A DNA stretch of 64,000 nt from Mustelus asterias. Taxonomy: Eukaryota. Below the pieces are notes generated by a model. The model had not been told where the DNA came from, searched no databases, and was given only the letters and a program-made list of their open reading frames with translations. Of the stretch, positions 26,508 to 37,549 are shown in pieces; position 1 is the first letter of the stretch; each line of letters starts with the position of its first letter. Where the stretch lies: positions 60,512,001 through 60,576,000 of the forward strand of contig NC_135806.1 in NCBI RefSeq assembly GCF_964213995.1, read 5' to 3'. A program made the translations under genes and the position numbers.

Positions 26508-26864
26508 TAGGTGCCATTGGCCATGCTAATTTCTCCCTCAGTGTACCCAAACAGGCACCGGAGTGTGGCGTCTAGGGGATTTTCACAGTAATTTCATTGC
26601 AGTGTTAATGTAAGCCTACTTGTGACACTAATAAATAATTTCAAAACAAGACTTCTTTTTATCTAAAAAACATTTTTAAGGACGGGAGTCAGAAACTTAA
26701 ACAGAATTGGCACTAAGCATTCCACTGGAGACTGGAGGTGAGGTTTCTCTGACAGAGATATGTTGAAGGATGTGTCTATTGATCAATTCCAGCTCTGCAA
26801 TGTTTCCTACCTATTTACACATTTCCTGACTTTGAAGCAGTGTTGGAGAAAAGAGATCAAAAGT

Positions 26865-26958
26865 CCATAAATCATCGACCTGAAACGTTTACTCTGTTTC
26901 TCTCCACAGGTGTTGCCTGACCTTTTAAGCATTTCCAGAATTTTCTGTTTTTATTTTG
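26865..26958 (+). mobile_element. Short Penelope-derived pLTR fragment
   Basis: GACCTGAAACGTT..CTCCACAGGTGTTGCCTGACC..TTTCCAG; related to 62380-62485 minus. Confidence 0.6.
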
Positions 26959-28084
26959 AAAATCTGCAGTGTGCAATCCCGACAAGCAATCATGCATGTC
27001 GTCAGCTCCCATTATTGTCTATATCACAACTTCGTGAGACCACTGGGAGGGAACCTCATTCGAATTGTACACATGGAAGAAGGTCCATATCGGGTACATC
27101 TCTAGTGCCTGCCAGCTCCACGTTAACAGGAATCCTCCATTGGCCCACTTTTTGATATGGAGGTGGGTGGAGGGAAGGATTGTCCAGGCCCTCTCTGACC
27201 ATGGCCTCATACCCTTATGAACCTCCTGAGCAAGAAATCTGACAAAATTTAAAGACTAAAAAGGACAATCTTCTGAGGCTCAGAACGCTTGCCTCCACTC
27301 TATCAGGAAATAGACAGCCCTCGCTCTTCCTACCGGCTGAAATGTGCCAAGGGAGGGTATGGCAGCTGATTAGCATTACCCTGAAGAATTTTGGGAACAA
27401 GGCCACTTGTTTACACCTTCAATTAAGTGCAGCAGATCTCCTCACAAAGCATTGTTGGGCAAAATTTGAAATCCTAAAAAAAAGCATTAGGTGCATTAGA
27501 TGATAAGAGAAAACAGAGGGTCAAAGCTCCAATATTCGCTCTGAAAGCGTGTGGAGGGACAACAAACAGTCCACTTCCCAGGCTCTTTGGAAGATCCTCC
27601 TCTTCATCTCCTATTGGCTCTGAAAAAGAAAGAGCGAGAGAAAGAGGAAATGGCAACAACATGGAGAAAAACCAAAATGAGAAAACAGAGGAGAGAAAGG
27701 GACAAAAGTGGAGCAACTGAGCTGTATTGTGGTGTGTGCTAGCAGCAATTTCCCACGATTCTTTTTCCAGCCCCCCAGCTTCGTGAGGTCCAGCCTCCTC
27801 AGAGTCCCTCTGCCAGAGCCACCTCTGCCTTTTAGTCACACATACTATTTAAAATAATTCTCCCAGTAACGTCACAGAGGATCCAAGTGTGGTTAAGAAA
27901 ATCCATGTATTTCTGACAAATCAGTTTATGGTTACATTCCAGTCCTCTTTATAATTTGTACCCAGTCATTTCCAAAATATAAACGCTGCCCCATGCTCAC
28001 AAGAGTGTGAGAAACATACCAAAGCAGCTGATGTTGTTTGGATTAAACACTCTTTTTGGGTATTAATCCGAAAATGTACTCACA

Positions 28085-28730
28085 GGGCGTGATTCACCTG
28101 TTTGCACTCTAAGTGCTCCCGTCAGCAGGAAACAGGGAGGGTTTCCCACTGGTGCTGGCAGCGCCTCCCAAGTGGGATTCACTCACCTATAGCATGTAAA
28201 AATAGCAGAATGGGAGGCACACCACCTTAACTGAGATTGGGATGCCATTTTTAAACAGCACCCTGATCTCTGTATTAGAGGGAGGCCCCCCTCCTCCCCA
28301 CTAAGGAAATGGTAACCCCTCCCCTGCTGACCATGGGACCACCAACAACTCAAGAGAGGCATTCTACCCCCACCACTAAAATATAGCGTCACTCCCCCAC
28401 ATTACGCAGGCGTGAGGATGACCTGACCCCCCACCCCCCCTTACAGGCAACCCCCTTCTCCTCCTGGTCCCAATCCAAGTTGATGTATCTGTGAACCCTC
28501 ACATAAAAGGCATCTGTAAACCTCCCGGATGCATTTGTGTGTGGGCGACTGGGAGATGCCACACAGGTTGCCCGTGCTGCCCTGGAATGAGCCACTCACA
28601 TTGGGACGCCGTTCAGAGAAATTCAGAGTGGCTTTGAGTTTAAGGGCCACAGACAGTGGATATCCTCCCGTTCCATGTGGTGCCAGCTCTTGCAGTGGCA
28701 GAGGTGGTCCGCCGTCCCCAGGGGTCCCTG
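28085..28730 (-). pseudogene. Harbinger transposase N-terminal relic with TIR-like end at 28085
   Basis: LSVALKLKATLNF...GSFQGSTGNLCGISQS.THKCIREV is HARBI1-like. Confidence 0.72.
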
Positions 28731-29435
28731 CTGGGCCACATCACAAAATGAAGAGCCAATCACGAGTGTGGGATTTATGGGCAGACCAGAGGTACAGCAG
28801 ATTCTCTTCCTTGGCAGAGATTCTAAAGTTAGTATTTTAGAACAATTCTGCAGTTTTCACAGCCATTTCTATTGTGGTAGTCAGTTTTGAAGGGATGTGC
28901 CTGTCACTTCAATAAAGTTTGAATTTCAGTGGAGAAGCAATTCTCTTGTCTACGAATTTGAACATGTCTGGCTGTCAAAACATTAAATGGCAGTGATGTT
29001 TGGCTGCACAGAATTTATTGGCATTGTCATTCGTGAGGGAGGCTGGGGTGGCTGTTCAGCCGAGTGTCTGCCTCTTGAGGCAGATGAGGCGCAGCTGAAT
29101 TGTGAGGCCAGCAATCAGCATGTCCAGTGCATTCCCAGAGTGCACCCTGTTTCTCCCAGGTAGCAGGAGGTGCAGAGCCCAGCAGCCTTCCATCACCCAT
29201 TGAGATCTACCATTGCAGCAAACACCCCTGTTTGGTTTTGGACTGCTGGGCAACCTCTCCCCCTTGTCCTCACGCTGCTGCCTGAGTGTGGGTTCCAATC
29301 ATACTGTGGAAAATTGCCCAGGTATGTCCTGCACACAAAAGCAGGGCAAATCCAACCCGACCAATTACCGCCCAATCAGTCTACTCTTGATCATCAGTAA
29401 AGTGATAGAAGGGGCATCAACAGTGCTATCAAACA

Positions 29436-29804
29436 ATGGGAAGCATTTTCTGATCAGGGCCAGTGTGATCTCCTGGACTCGTTTCGATCGCCATAGGGGG
29501 TCGGAGAGGAATTTCCCAGATTTTCTTTTTCCCCATATTGGCCCTGGGGTTTTCACTCTGGGTTTTCGCCTCTCCCTGGAGATCACATGGTCTGGAATGG
29601 GGGGGTGGGGTGAGTTAATAGGTTGTGATGAACAAAGCACCGTAGCTGTGAGGGACAGCTCGGTGGATAGGATATTAGGATGTAGATAGGCTGGAAAATT
29701 GGGCGGGGATCCTGGATTCAGGATTCAATCCTGGACCGGGGAACGGCGCGGGCTTGGAGGGCCGAAGGGCCTGTTCCTGTGCTGTATTGTTCTTTGTTCT
29801 TTGT
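29436..29804 (+). mobile_element. CR1 3' end fragment
   Basis: GGGCCGAAGGGCCTGTTCCTGTGCTGTA plus (TCTTTGT)n tail; TSD TCAAACA. Confidence 0.85.
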
Positions 29805-30026
29805 TCAAACAGCACTTGCTCAGCAATAATCTGCTCAATGACGCCCAGTTTGGGTTTCGCCAGGGTCACTCAGCTCCTGACTTCATTACAGTCTTGGTTC
29901 AAACATGGACAAAAGAGCTGAATTCCAGAGGTGAGGCGAGAGTGACAGCCCTTGACATCAAGGCCGTATTCGACCGAGTGTGGTATCAAGGAGCCCCAGC
30001 AAAGCTGGAATCAATGGGTACCAGGG

Positions 30027-30858
30027 TGTAGTACCTGTTAATTCTCAGATACTTTCGACCAGTTTGCTTACTCTAAGGTTTTACCCCGGTGTCCTTATTT
30101 GCAAGATGGACAAAGGACAAACACAAGTAAAGGTTCAACAAGTTTATTAATAATAACACTATTAACCCTTAAATTACCCACATAAAACAAGAGGATACCC
30201 CAGCAGATTCAAGTATACTACCTGCAAAGATGGTTTGGTTGAACTGCAGGCTCGATTCTCTGAGTCACTCTGGTCCGTCGTCACGAAGGTGAGTCTCGAT
30301 GGCAGCTTCTTCCTTCCTTCCTTCTCTGGTCAGTCTTCCGAATGGGCAAGGCCGCCTCCTTCGTCGAGTCTTCGCTCCTGTGTGACTTGAAGTGTGTCCT
30401 GTTACCCCCCAGCCTGCTTGCCTTTACAGAAACTTCTCTGGCTTCCGGCCAGTGAGGTTCCAGGAGGGAGTTCCAATACCCAGTGGGTTTCTTGATGTCT
30501 GCCTGACAGGACACCAGGGTCCGCCCCCAGGTGTCCATCTACATGCTGTTGCTTATGTATAACTTGTTATCAGATAAAGTATCTACAGGAACTCTTGGTG
30601 ACAGAAAGTCTGGCCCGATCTGGGCTTCTAACAATAGGCCGGTGCATTTCAATGAGGTGCAATGATCTCCTGCTACGTCTCGATAGATTGTAACGACCTT
30701 TGATAGGTGGTTGATGGGTCAGGTGCAGACACGTTTGTGTATTTGTACAATTGGCCTGCCTGAGGTTTGACTGTGTTTGATTTTAATATGCCCAATTCTT
30801 TAATTTAGGATATCCAATTTTATCAGCCTTAAAACAAGGCCCTGTTTATATCATCACA
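30027..30858 (-). mobile_element. Solo LTR, 832 bp
   Basis: TG..CA termini, 4-bp TSD AGGG (30023-30026, 30859-30862), cleanly interrupts the LINE RT; AATAAA on the minus strand near 30145. Confidence 0.85.
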
Positions 30859-31537
30859 AGGGGCAAACTCTCCACTGGTTGGAGCCATACCTGGTACATA
30901 GGAAGATGGTTGCACTTGTGGAAGGTCAGTCATCTCAGCTCCACGACATCTCTGCAGGAGTCCCTCGGGGTAGTGTCCTAGCCCCAAAAATCTTCAGCTG
31001 CTTCAACAATGACCTTCCCGCCGTCACAAAGTCAGAAGTGGGGATGTTTGCCGATGATTGCACAATGTTCAGCACCATTCGCGACTCCTCAGATACTGAA
31101 GCAGTCCATGTTCAAATGCAACAAGATCTGGACAATATCCAGGCTTGGGCTGACAAGTGGCGAGTAACATTCACATCACACAAATGCCAGGCAATGACCA
31201 TCACCAATAAGAGACACTCTAACCACTGCCCCTTGACATTCAATGATGTTACCATCACTCAATCCCCCGCTGTCAACATCCTTGGGGTTACCATTGACCA
31301 GAAACTCAACTGGACTCACCACATAAACACAGTGGCTACAAGAGCAAGTCAGACGCTAGGAATACTGGGGCAAGTAACTCACGTCCCGACTCCCCAGAGC
31401 CTATCCACATTGACAAGGCACAAGTCAGGAGTGTGATGGAATACTCCCCACTTGCCTGGATGGGTGCAGCTCCAACAACACTCAAGAAGCTTGACACCAT
31501 CCAGGACAAAGCAGCCCATTTGATTAGCACCACATCT

Positions 31538-32000
31538 GCTACTGGGACTTGATGGATTGAGTTATAAGGAGAGGCTGGATAGACTGGGGCTTTTTTCTCT
31601 GGAGCGTAGGAGGCTGAGGGGTGATCTTATAGAGGTCTATAAAATAATGAGGGACATAGATCAGCTAGATAGTCAATATCATTTCCCAAAGATAGGAGAG
31701 TCTAAAACTAAAGGGCATAGGTTTAAGGTGAGAGGGGAGAGATACAAAAGTGTCCAGAGGGGCAATTTTTTCACACAGAGGGTGGTGAGTGTCTGGAACA
31801 AGCTGCCAGAGGTAGTAGTAGAGGCAGGTACAATTTTGTCTTTTAAAAACATTTAGATAGTTACATGGGTACAATGGGTATAGAGGGATATGGGCCAAAT
31901 GCGGGCAATTGGGATTAGCTTAGGGGTTTTTTAAAAAAGGGGCGGCATGGACAAGTTGGGCCGAAGGGCCTGTTTCCATGCTGTAAACATCTATGACTCT
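31538..32000 (+). mobile_element. CR1 (HER1-like) 3' fragment
   Basis: SYKERLDRLGLFSLERRRLRGDLIEVYK; ATCT duplicated at both junctions. Confidence 0.9.
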
Positions 32001-35000
32001 ATCTACAAACATTCAATCCCTCCACCACCAACACTCAGTAGCAGTAGCGTGTACTATCGTCAAGATGCAATTCACCAAAGATCCTTAGACAGCACCTTCC
32101 AAACCTACGATCACTTCCATCTAGAAGGACAAGGGCAACAGATAATTGGGAACACCACCACCTGCAAGTTCCCCTCCAAGCCACTCACCATCCTGACTTG
32201 GAAATTTATCGCCATTCCTTCGCAGTCGCTGGGTCAAAATCCTGGAATTCCCTCCCTAATGGCATTGTGGGTCAACCCACAGCATGTGGACTGCAGCAAT
32301 TCAAGAAGGCGGTTTGCTACCACCTTCTCAAGTGCAACTAGGGATGGGCAATAAATGCTGGCCAGCCAGCGATGCCCATGTCCTACGAATGAATAAAAAA
32401 AGTCACCCTCCCCCGAGTGTGAGAACCTTCAGGCCGCATGAGGGGAGACACAGCCCATTCCTAAAACTCCACTCTGCCCTTACAACCTGGCCTGTCATGG
32501 GACCTCACCCAGGTAACGCACAGTCGTCCCCAATGCTGAGCCTCTTGTTTTCAAGCCCTTCTACCCTTTTGCCAGCCCCCACTAAGGGAGGGCACTCCCT
32601 CATCTGCAATATGGACAGGAAGGAGGATACAAGAAGCGCAGTCTACATACCAGCCTTCACAACCCCTTTAAAACAAGGAGTTCCCTGACATGAAGGGAAG
32701 GTAAGGCCTGTAAGTGACCTCTCCAAACCCTTCTTCCTGATATGGCAATTCTGGCCCCACCATTCCCGGCACCAAGTTGAACTTATCTGTGTTCCTCATG
32801 TCCTCTTCAGTGCCCCTTGTGACACAAAGAAGGCACATAAACCATTGCATAATGTAGACTGTCATTTCCATTAAGCTGGAAGAGAACATTTATTCTCCAA
32901 AAAGAATCCTTAAAACTCATAAGCTATGAAGCTCTTTTATTCTTCCCAACAAATATAACAAAATGGCTTCCAAAAGAACTAGATAATGTTTGAAATAAAT
33001 CATGTTCCCATATTATTCTGCTCAAACCCGAGGCGATTCTATTTTAGTACCTGTGCAGGTAAAATAGTGATATGAGGGTGGAGGTAAATATTTTAATGTT
33101 TACACTATCTCTGTGTCTCAGTCATAACTGCCAAGCGGATTTAAAGAGTTCTTTGTCACACCAAGAGCTGAACAATATTAAATGAAAGGACATATTGCCA
33201 ACTCAGCAGCTGGTAAGGTCGGTAGCATCATAATATACATGCCTTTTTGGGTAAGTCTTGACTTAATCCGGTCGTGTAAAATGGATGATAAGTCAGCAGC
33301 TCATTTTACATCTGTCTGGATTTTTATTTCTAAGAGTGGCTCTGACCTATATTACACCACATGACACAGGCAAGATTGACTCTTTTGTACTTAAAACCCT
33401 ATTTGTAGCCAAAAAAAACAATGGCCAACTAAAGTTAGAAACAGGAGAGAAAACAGGTCGTGTTTGCATAATTTACAGCATTACTTTGTGCATTATGGCT
33501 TCTTGAAACAATACAAAATTAATAGCTTCTCATTCATTCCATGCACTATAAATAGCTTCCGGTTCCATGTGTTGCAAAATTTGTATTCACTGCACTTTCA
33601 ATCCACTTGGGGCACCTTCTGCTTTTTCAGTAAGTTTGCAGTATTGTTTTCCTTTTTTGTTACCACGATTTCTAGCAATTATTTTAAGGCCGTCACAATT
33701 ACTATTGAGTTCGCAGCTCACAATGCCATGAACTGTATTCTTTCTTCACCACTTTAAAAATTGGAAGAAAGATTCTTCCCTCCCCTTCCCCCCACCCCTC
33801 ATGTTTCTTTATAACATCCTTAGCTGGGAAATTGAACCCTTCTGCAGATGTAACAAATTCATTCCCAGTGATCCGAGAGCTGGCACAGGAAACCAGTGTG
33901 AGGATTTCTGTTTGAGAAGCACTCAGTTGAAACAGGACAGCTGTAATCTTCGGTTGTTCTGGGGCTATTTTATTTGGCTGCAAGCCTGAAAGAATTAATC
34001 TTTCAGGGCTCCTGTACTCACACTGTACATTCATTATTTCAGCCTTTGACAGTCAAACAGATATTTTTAGCAGATAATTATGCCAAGCAAGTTATGAAGA
34101 ACGGGATACCCAGAGAGGACAATAAATTCAAGCAACTTTGCAAGAGAAGGGTCGATTCCTATTTTTTTCCCCCAAAATTGACATTTTGAGATTTTCCTAA
34201 GTAAAAATTTTCTGATAACAAATGAATTATCCATTCATATATTTAAATATTGTTGCCATTAATATTTGTGAGGCTGTCCACAATCATCCGCTGTAGCTCC
34301 GAAAGAATATAATGGTGGAAATCCTGGAGAAACAGCATATTGTGCTGGTCTAGTAGTCCCGATATCGCAGTGATACAGCTGTAGACGGAGAAAGAACGAC
34401 TACAACAACGATTGTAACAACAATAATGGCAATATTGGCTTTATAAAGCAATGGTGTAACTGAGAGTTGAGCATGCTGGGATTTTTGGTCAAGATGTAAT
34501 TAAAAACAGATGCAAGCTGCAGAGTTACTGTGAATCGTAATCTGGTCTGGGAGCTGTGATCTGACACTTCCTGTGTTGACCAAGTATGGAGAGTTGTTTA
34601 GCTGGAGCTAGACTCTATGACATTGAGGTTTATGGGTTCTACGTGAGCTACATGCTATCTGAATCAAGCATTATGGAGTCTTTGACAAGTAATTTCATTA
34701 GCTGTTTGAGCAATGTGATTGGTTTCCAGTTACACCATTGGCTGGGTGCCAGAGAACCTCTTGGAAAAGTTGAAACAATTTGCGGATAGAAGAGACGTTT
34801 CAGTCCTTTACCTCTGGCGATAACTCTGGTGATCAACCATCGCAAGAAGTAGTGCCCTGAAGAGTATCTTCAGACAAGACCACAAAGATAGATCCTACAT
34901 CAGGAGCAGACCTGGCCATTTTGTTCTAAACGATGTAGTATCTATTTTCAGTTAAAGAAATAGAATTAATGTTCAATTAAGAGTTAAAGTATTGTAAATG

Positions 35001-35340
35001 TTGTAAATTTAAGTTTGGTACCTAAAGTGTTAAATAAAGGAAGGTTGTTAAGAGAATTATAAGTCGACTCCTGTCCTTGTTTGTCACATTAAACTGGAAT
35101 GCTTGAAAGAGTTTGAATTAGTAGCCAAATAATAATTTAAATATAAAGCATTGTACTGTACCAACTATGAATATGACTTTGTGTTGAGTTTGGAACATGG
35201 TTTAGAATAAAGCCATATTATCTTCTAAGGTTGTATAATTCACTGGGAGAAATTTTACGGTGCTGTGGCGGTGTGGGCAAGGCCGGACAATGCACTGGCC
35301 GTTCAAAATCCATTGTCTTTGCTGGGAATAAGTAAAATAA

Positions 35341-35617
35341 AGTTTATTTATTAGTCACAAGTAATGCTTACATTAACACTGCAATGAAGCTTCTGTGAAA
35401 TTCCCCTAGTCACCACAGTCCAACGACGCCTGTTCGGGTCAATGCACCTAACCAGCACATCTTTCAGAATGTAGGAGGAAACCGGAGCACCCGGAGGAAA
35501 CCCACGCAGACACGGGGAGAACGTGCAAACTCCACACAGACAGTGACCCAAGCCAGGAATTGAACCCGGGTCCCCGGCGCTGTGAGGCAGCAGTGCTAAC
35601 CACTGTGCTGCCGTGCC
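35341..35617 (-). mobile_element. V-SINE (alternative tail) inserted in a MITE spanning about 35245-35657
   Basis: Head, V domain and tail visible; flanking TIR-like ends. Confidence 0.85.
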
Positions 35618-35846
35618 GGAAAATCCCACCAGTGGGAGGGGCCATAAAATGCCGCCCGCTGTCTGTATTTTTTATGTGCTTCAGTTTATGAAACTAATTA
35701 TAATATCATCAAGAGTAGAAATGTGACATAGTATCGATAATTATTATTACTTGCAATAAACGCTTTCTCCATCTGGACACCAGTCAGCAGGAATTCACCC
35801 AGCATAAAATCTCACAGTTCTGTCATGTAAGAGAATTTATAAGTTA

Positions 35847-36147
35847 AAGTTTATTTATTAGTCACAATTAGGCTTACATTAACACAACAGTGAGGTTACT
35901 GCGAAAATCCCCTATTCGCCACACTCCGGCACCTGTTCGGGTACACTGAGGGAGAATTGAGCACGGCAATCCACCTAACCAGCACGTCTTTCGGACTGTG
36001 GGAGGAAACTGGAGCACCCGGAGGAAACCCCACGCAGACACGGGGAGAACGTGCAGACTCTGCACAGATAGTGACCCAAGCCAGGAATCGAACCTGGTCC
36101 CTGGCACTATGAGGCAGCAGTGCTAACCACTATGCCACTGTGCCGTC
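35847..36147 (-). mobile_element. V-SINE (alternative tail)
   Basis: Head, V domain and tail visible. Confidence 0.9.
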
Positions 36148-36853
36148 CCCCATTATAGTAGAATTCATGGTCTGAGCATGTACGAGGAGTCTGCTAGTTG
36201 AATTAAATTCACACCTTCCCACATTTTACTCCATTGGTCACCTTTTGGTTCCATCACCTAACTGGTCAAGACCTCTTTGGAATATTTTTGCATCCAGCTC
36301 ACAGCTTGCCTTCCCAGCTAACTTTGTATCATCAACCAATACGTGGGCCCTTCCCTTAAAATGAGTATTAGCCTGTAATTTAAATATTTCAATGAATATA
36401 TTGAAGTAAAATTAAATTTAATCCCCAGGCACTTTGTAACAGCATCTCTTGTGCCAACTGTGGTTTTCCTGTTTATTTAGCCTGGTATATGGTCATCCAG
36501 AGCTGAGTGGACTGAACTGCTGTTTCACTGAGATTATTTAAAGACTGGAAGAACAAGTGGACCCTTGAGATTTGGCCACCCTGATCTTTTTCCTTTAAGG
36601 AACCAAGTTAGAGTATTTTCTAAAAGTTATAGCAACATGTAATTGATAAGTGACAAAACAAAATGAATACGTTATTTTCCTTAAGATTTTCATTAGAACC
36701 AAGCATTTAAACCTTTACAATAAAACATGATGTATCCAGTTCCAATTGTCTGATCGTGTTAATTCAAAGTTGTTTTTACACTAAAATGTACCAAATGACT
36801 GATTAACTTGAACTAAATCATTTCATTAAAATAGCATTTTAATTCAGTTATTT

Positions 36854-37220
36854 CGGGAGAGGCAATGCCGTAGTGGTATTGTCACTAGATGAGAATCCAG
36901 CGATCCAGGGTAATGCTCTGGGGACCTAGGTTCGAATCCCACCATGGCAGATGGTGAAATTAGAATTCAATAAAAATCTGGAATTAAAGGTCTAACAATG
37001 ACCGTGAAACCATTGTCAATTGTCAGAAAAGCCCTTCTAATTCACTAATGTCGTTTAGGGAAGGAAATCTGTCATCCTTACCTGGTTTAGCCCACTTGTG
37101 ACTCCAGACCCACATCAACATGGTTGACTCTCAGATGCCCTCTGAAATGGAGGGCAAGAAGGGATGGGCAACGAATGCTGGGCCCAGCCAATGATGCCCA
37201 CATCCCATAAGATGAATAAA
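36854..37220 (+). mobile_element. tRNA-headed SINE family B
   Basis: A-box-like TGCCGTAGTGG and B-box GGTTCGAATCC; tail GGGATGGGCAA..ATGCTGG..GATGCCCACATCCC..GAATAAA matches the LINE B tail. Confidence 0.85.
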
Positions 37221-37379
37221 TGGATTGCATTTTTGTGGTGAACCATCGTTGGTTCACCACTGGGGTTGTTATTGTGTTACTGTTGGGCTAGGGTGTTGTT
37301 GTTATGGGGGTTGTACTATGTTGTTGGGATAGGGTGTTTACCTGTCCTAAGTGTTATCATGGCACACTCCAGTGGGGTC

Positions 37380-37432
37380 CCGCCTCCGGTGGCAGGGTAT
37401 AAGACCCCCTGCTCCGGCAGGACCCCTTCAGT
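37380..37432 (+). promoter_or_regulatory. Putative LTR core promoter
   Basis: GC box CCCGCC near 37380, TATAAG at 37398-37403, Inr-like TCAGT about 30 nt downstream; ATTAAA at 37474-37479. Confidence 0.6.
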
Positions 37433-37549
37433 CTGAACGGGTGAATTTGTGTTAGTAGTTTCATTGTTAATGTATTAAAGCCTTCAGTTCTAAAGCCTTG
37501 TTTCCGGGTGCTCATTGAGGTGCATCAATTTAATACATTAACTGAGAAT

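Larger units (their letters stand above)
25466..26640 (+). mobile_element. V-SINE (alternative tail) split by a Penelope insertion
   Basis: SINE halves at 25466-25648 and 26508-26640 share the duplicated site TAGGTGCCATTG. Confidence 0.9.
29298..32400 (+). mobile_element. 5'-truncated CR1/L2-group LINE (family B) carrying three nested insertions
   Basis: RT motifs NYRPISLL, QFGFR, ALDIKAVFDRV, GVPRGSVL, FADD continue across the inserts; tail ends GAATAAAAAA. Confidence 0.9.

Noticed and set aside
34455-35088. Possible solo LTR (TGTAAC...GTCACA with AATAAA)
   Set aside because: No matching TSD and no second copy in the window
4882-37233. Idea that the two Gypsy copies are giant terminal inverted repeats of one composite element
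   Set aside because: Each copy has its own matched TSD and the outer flanks share none
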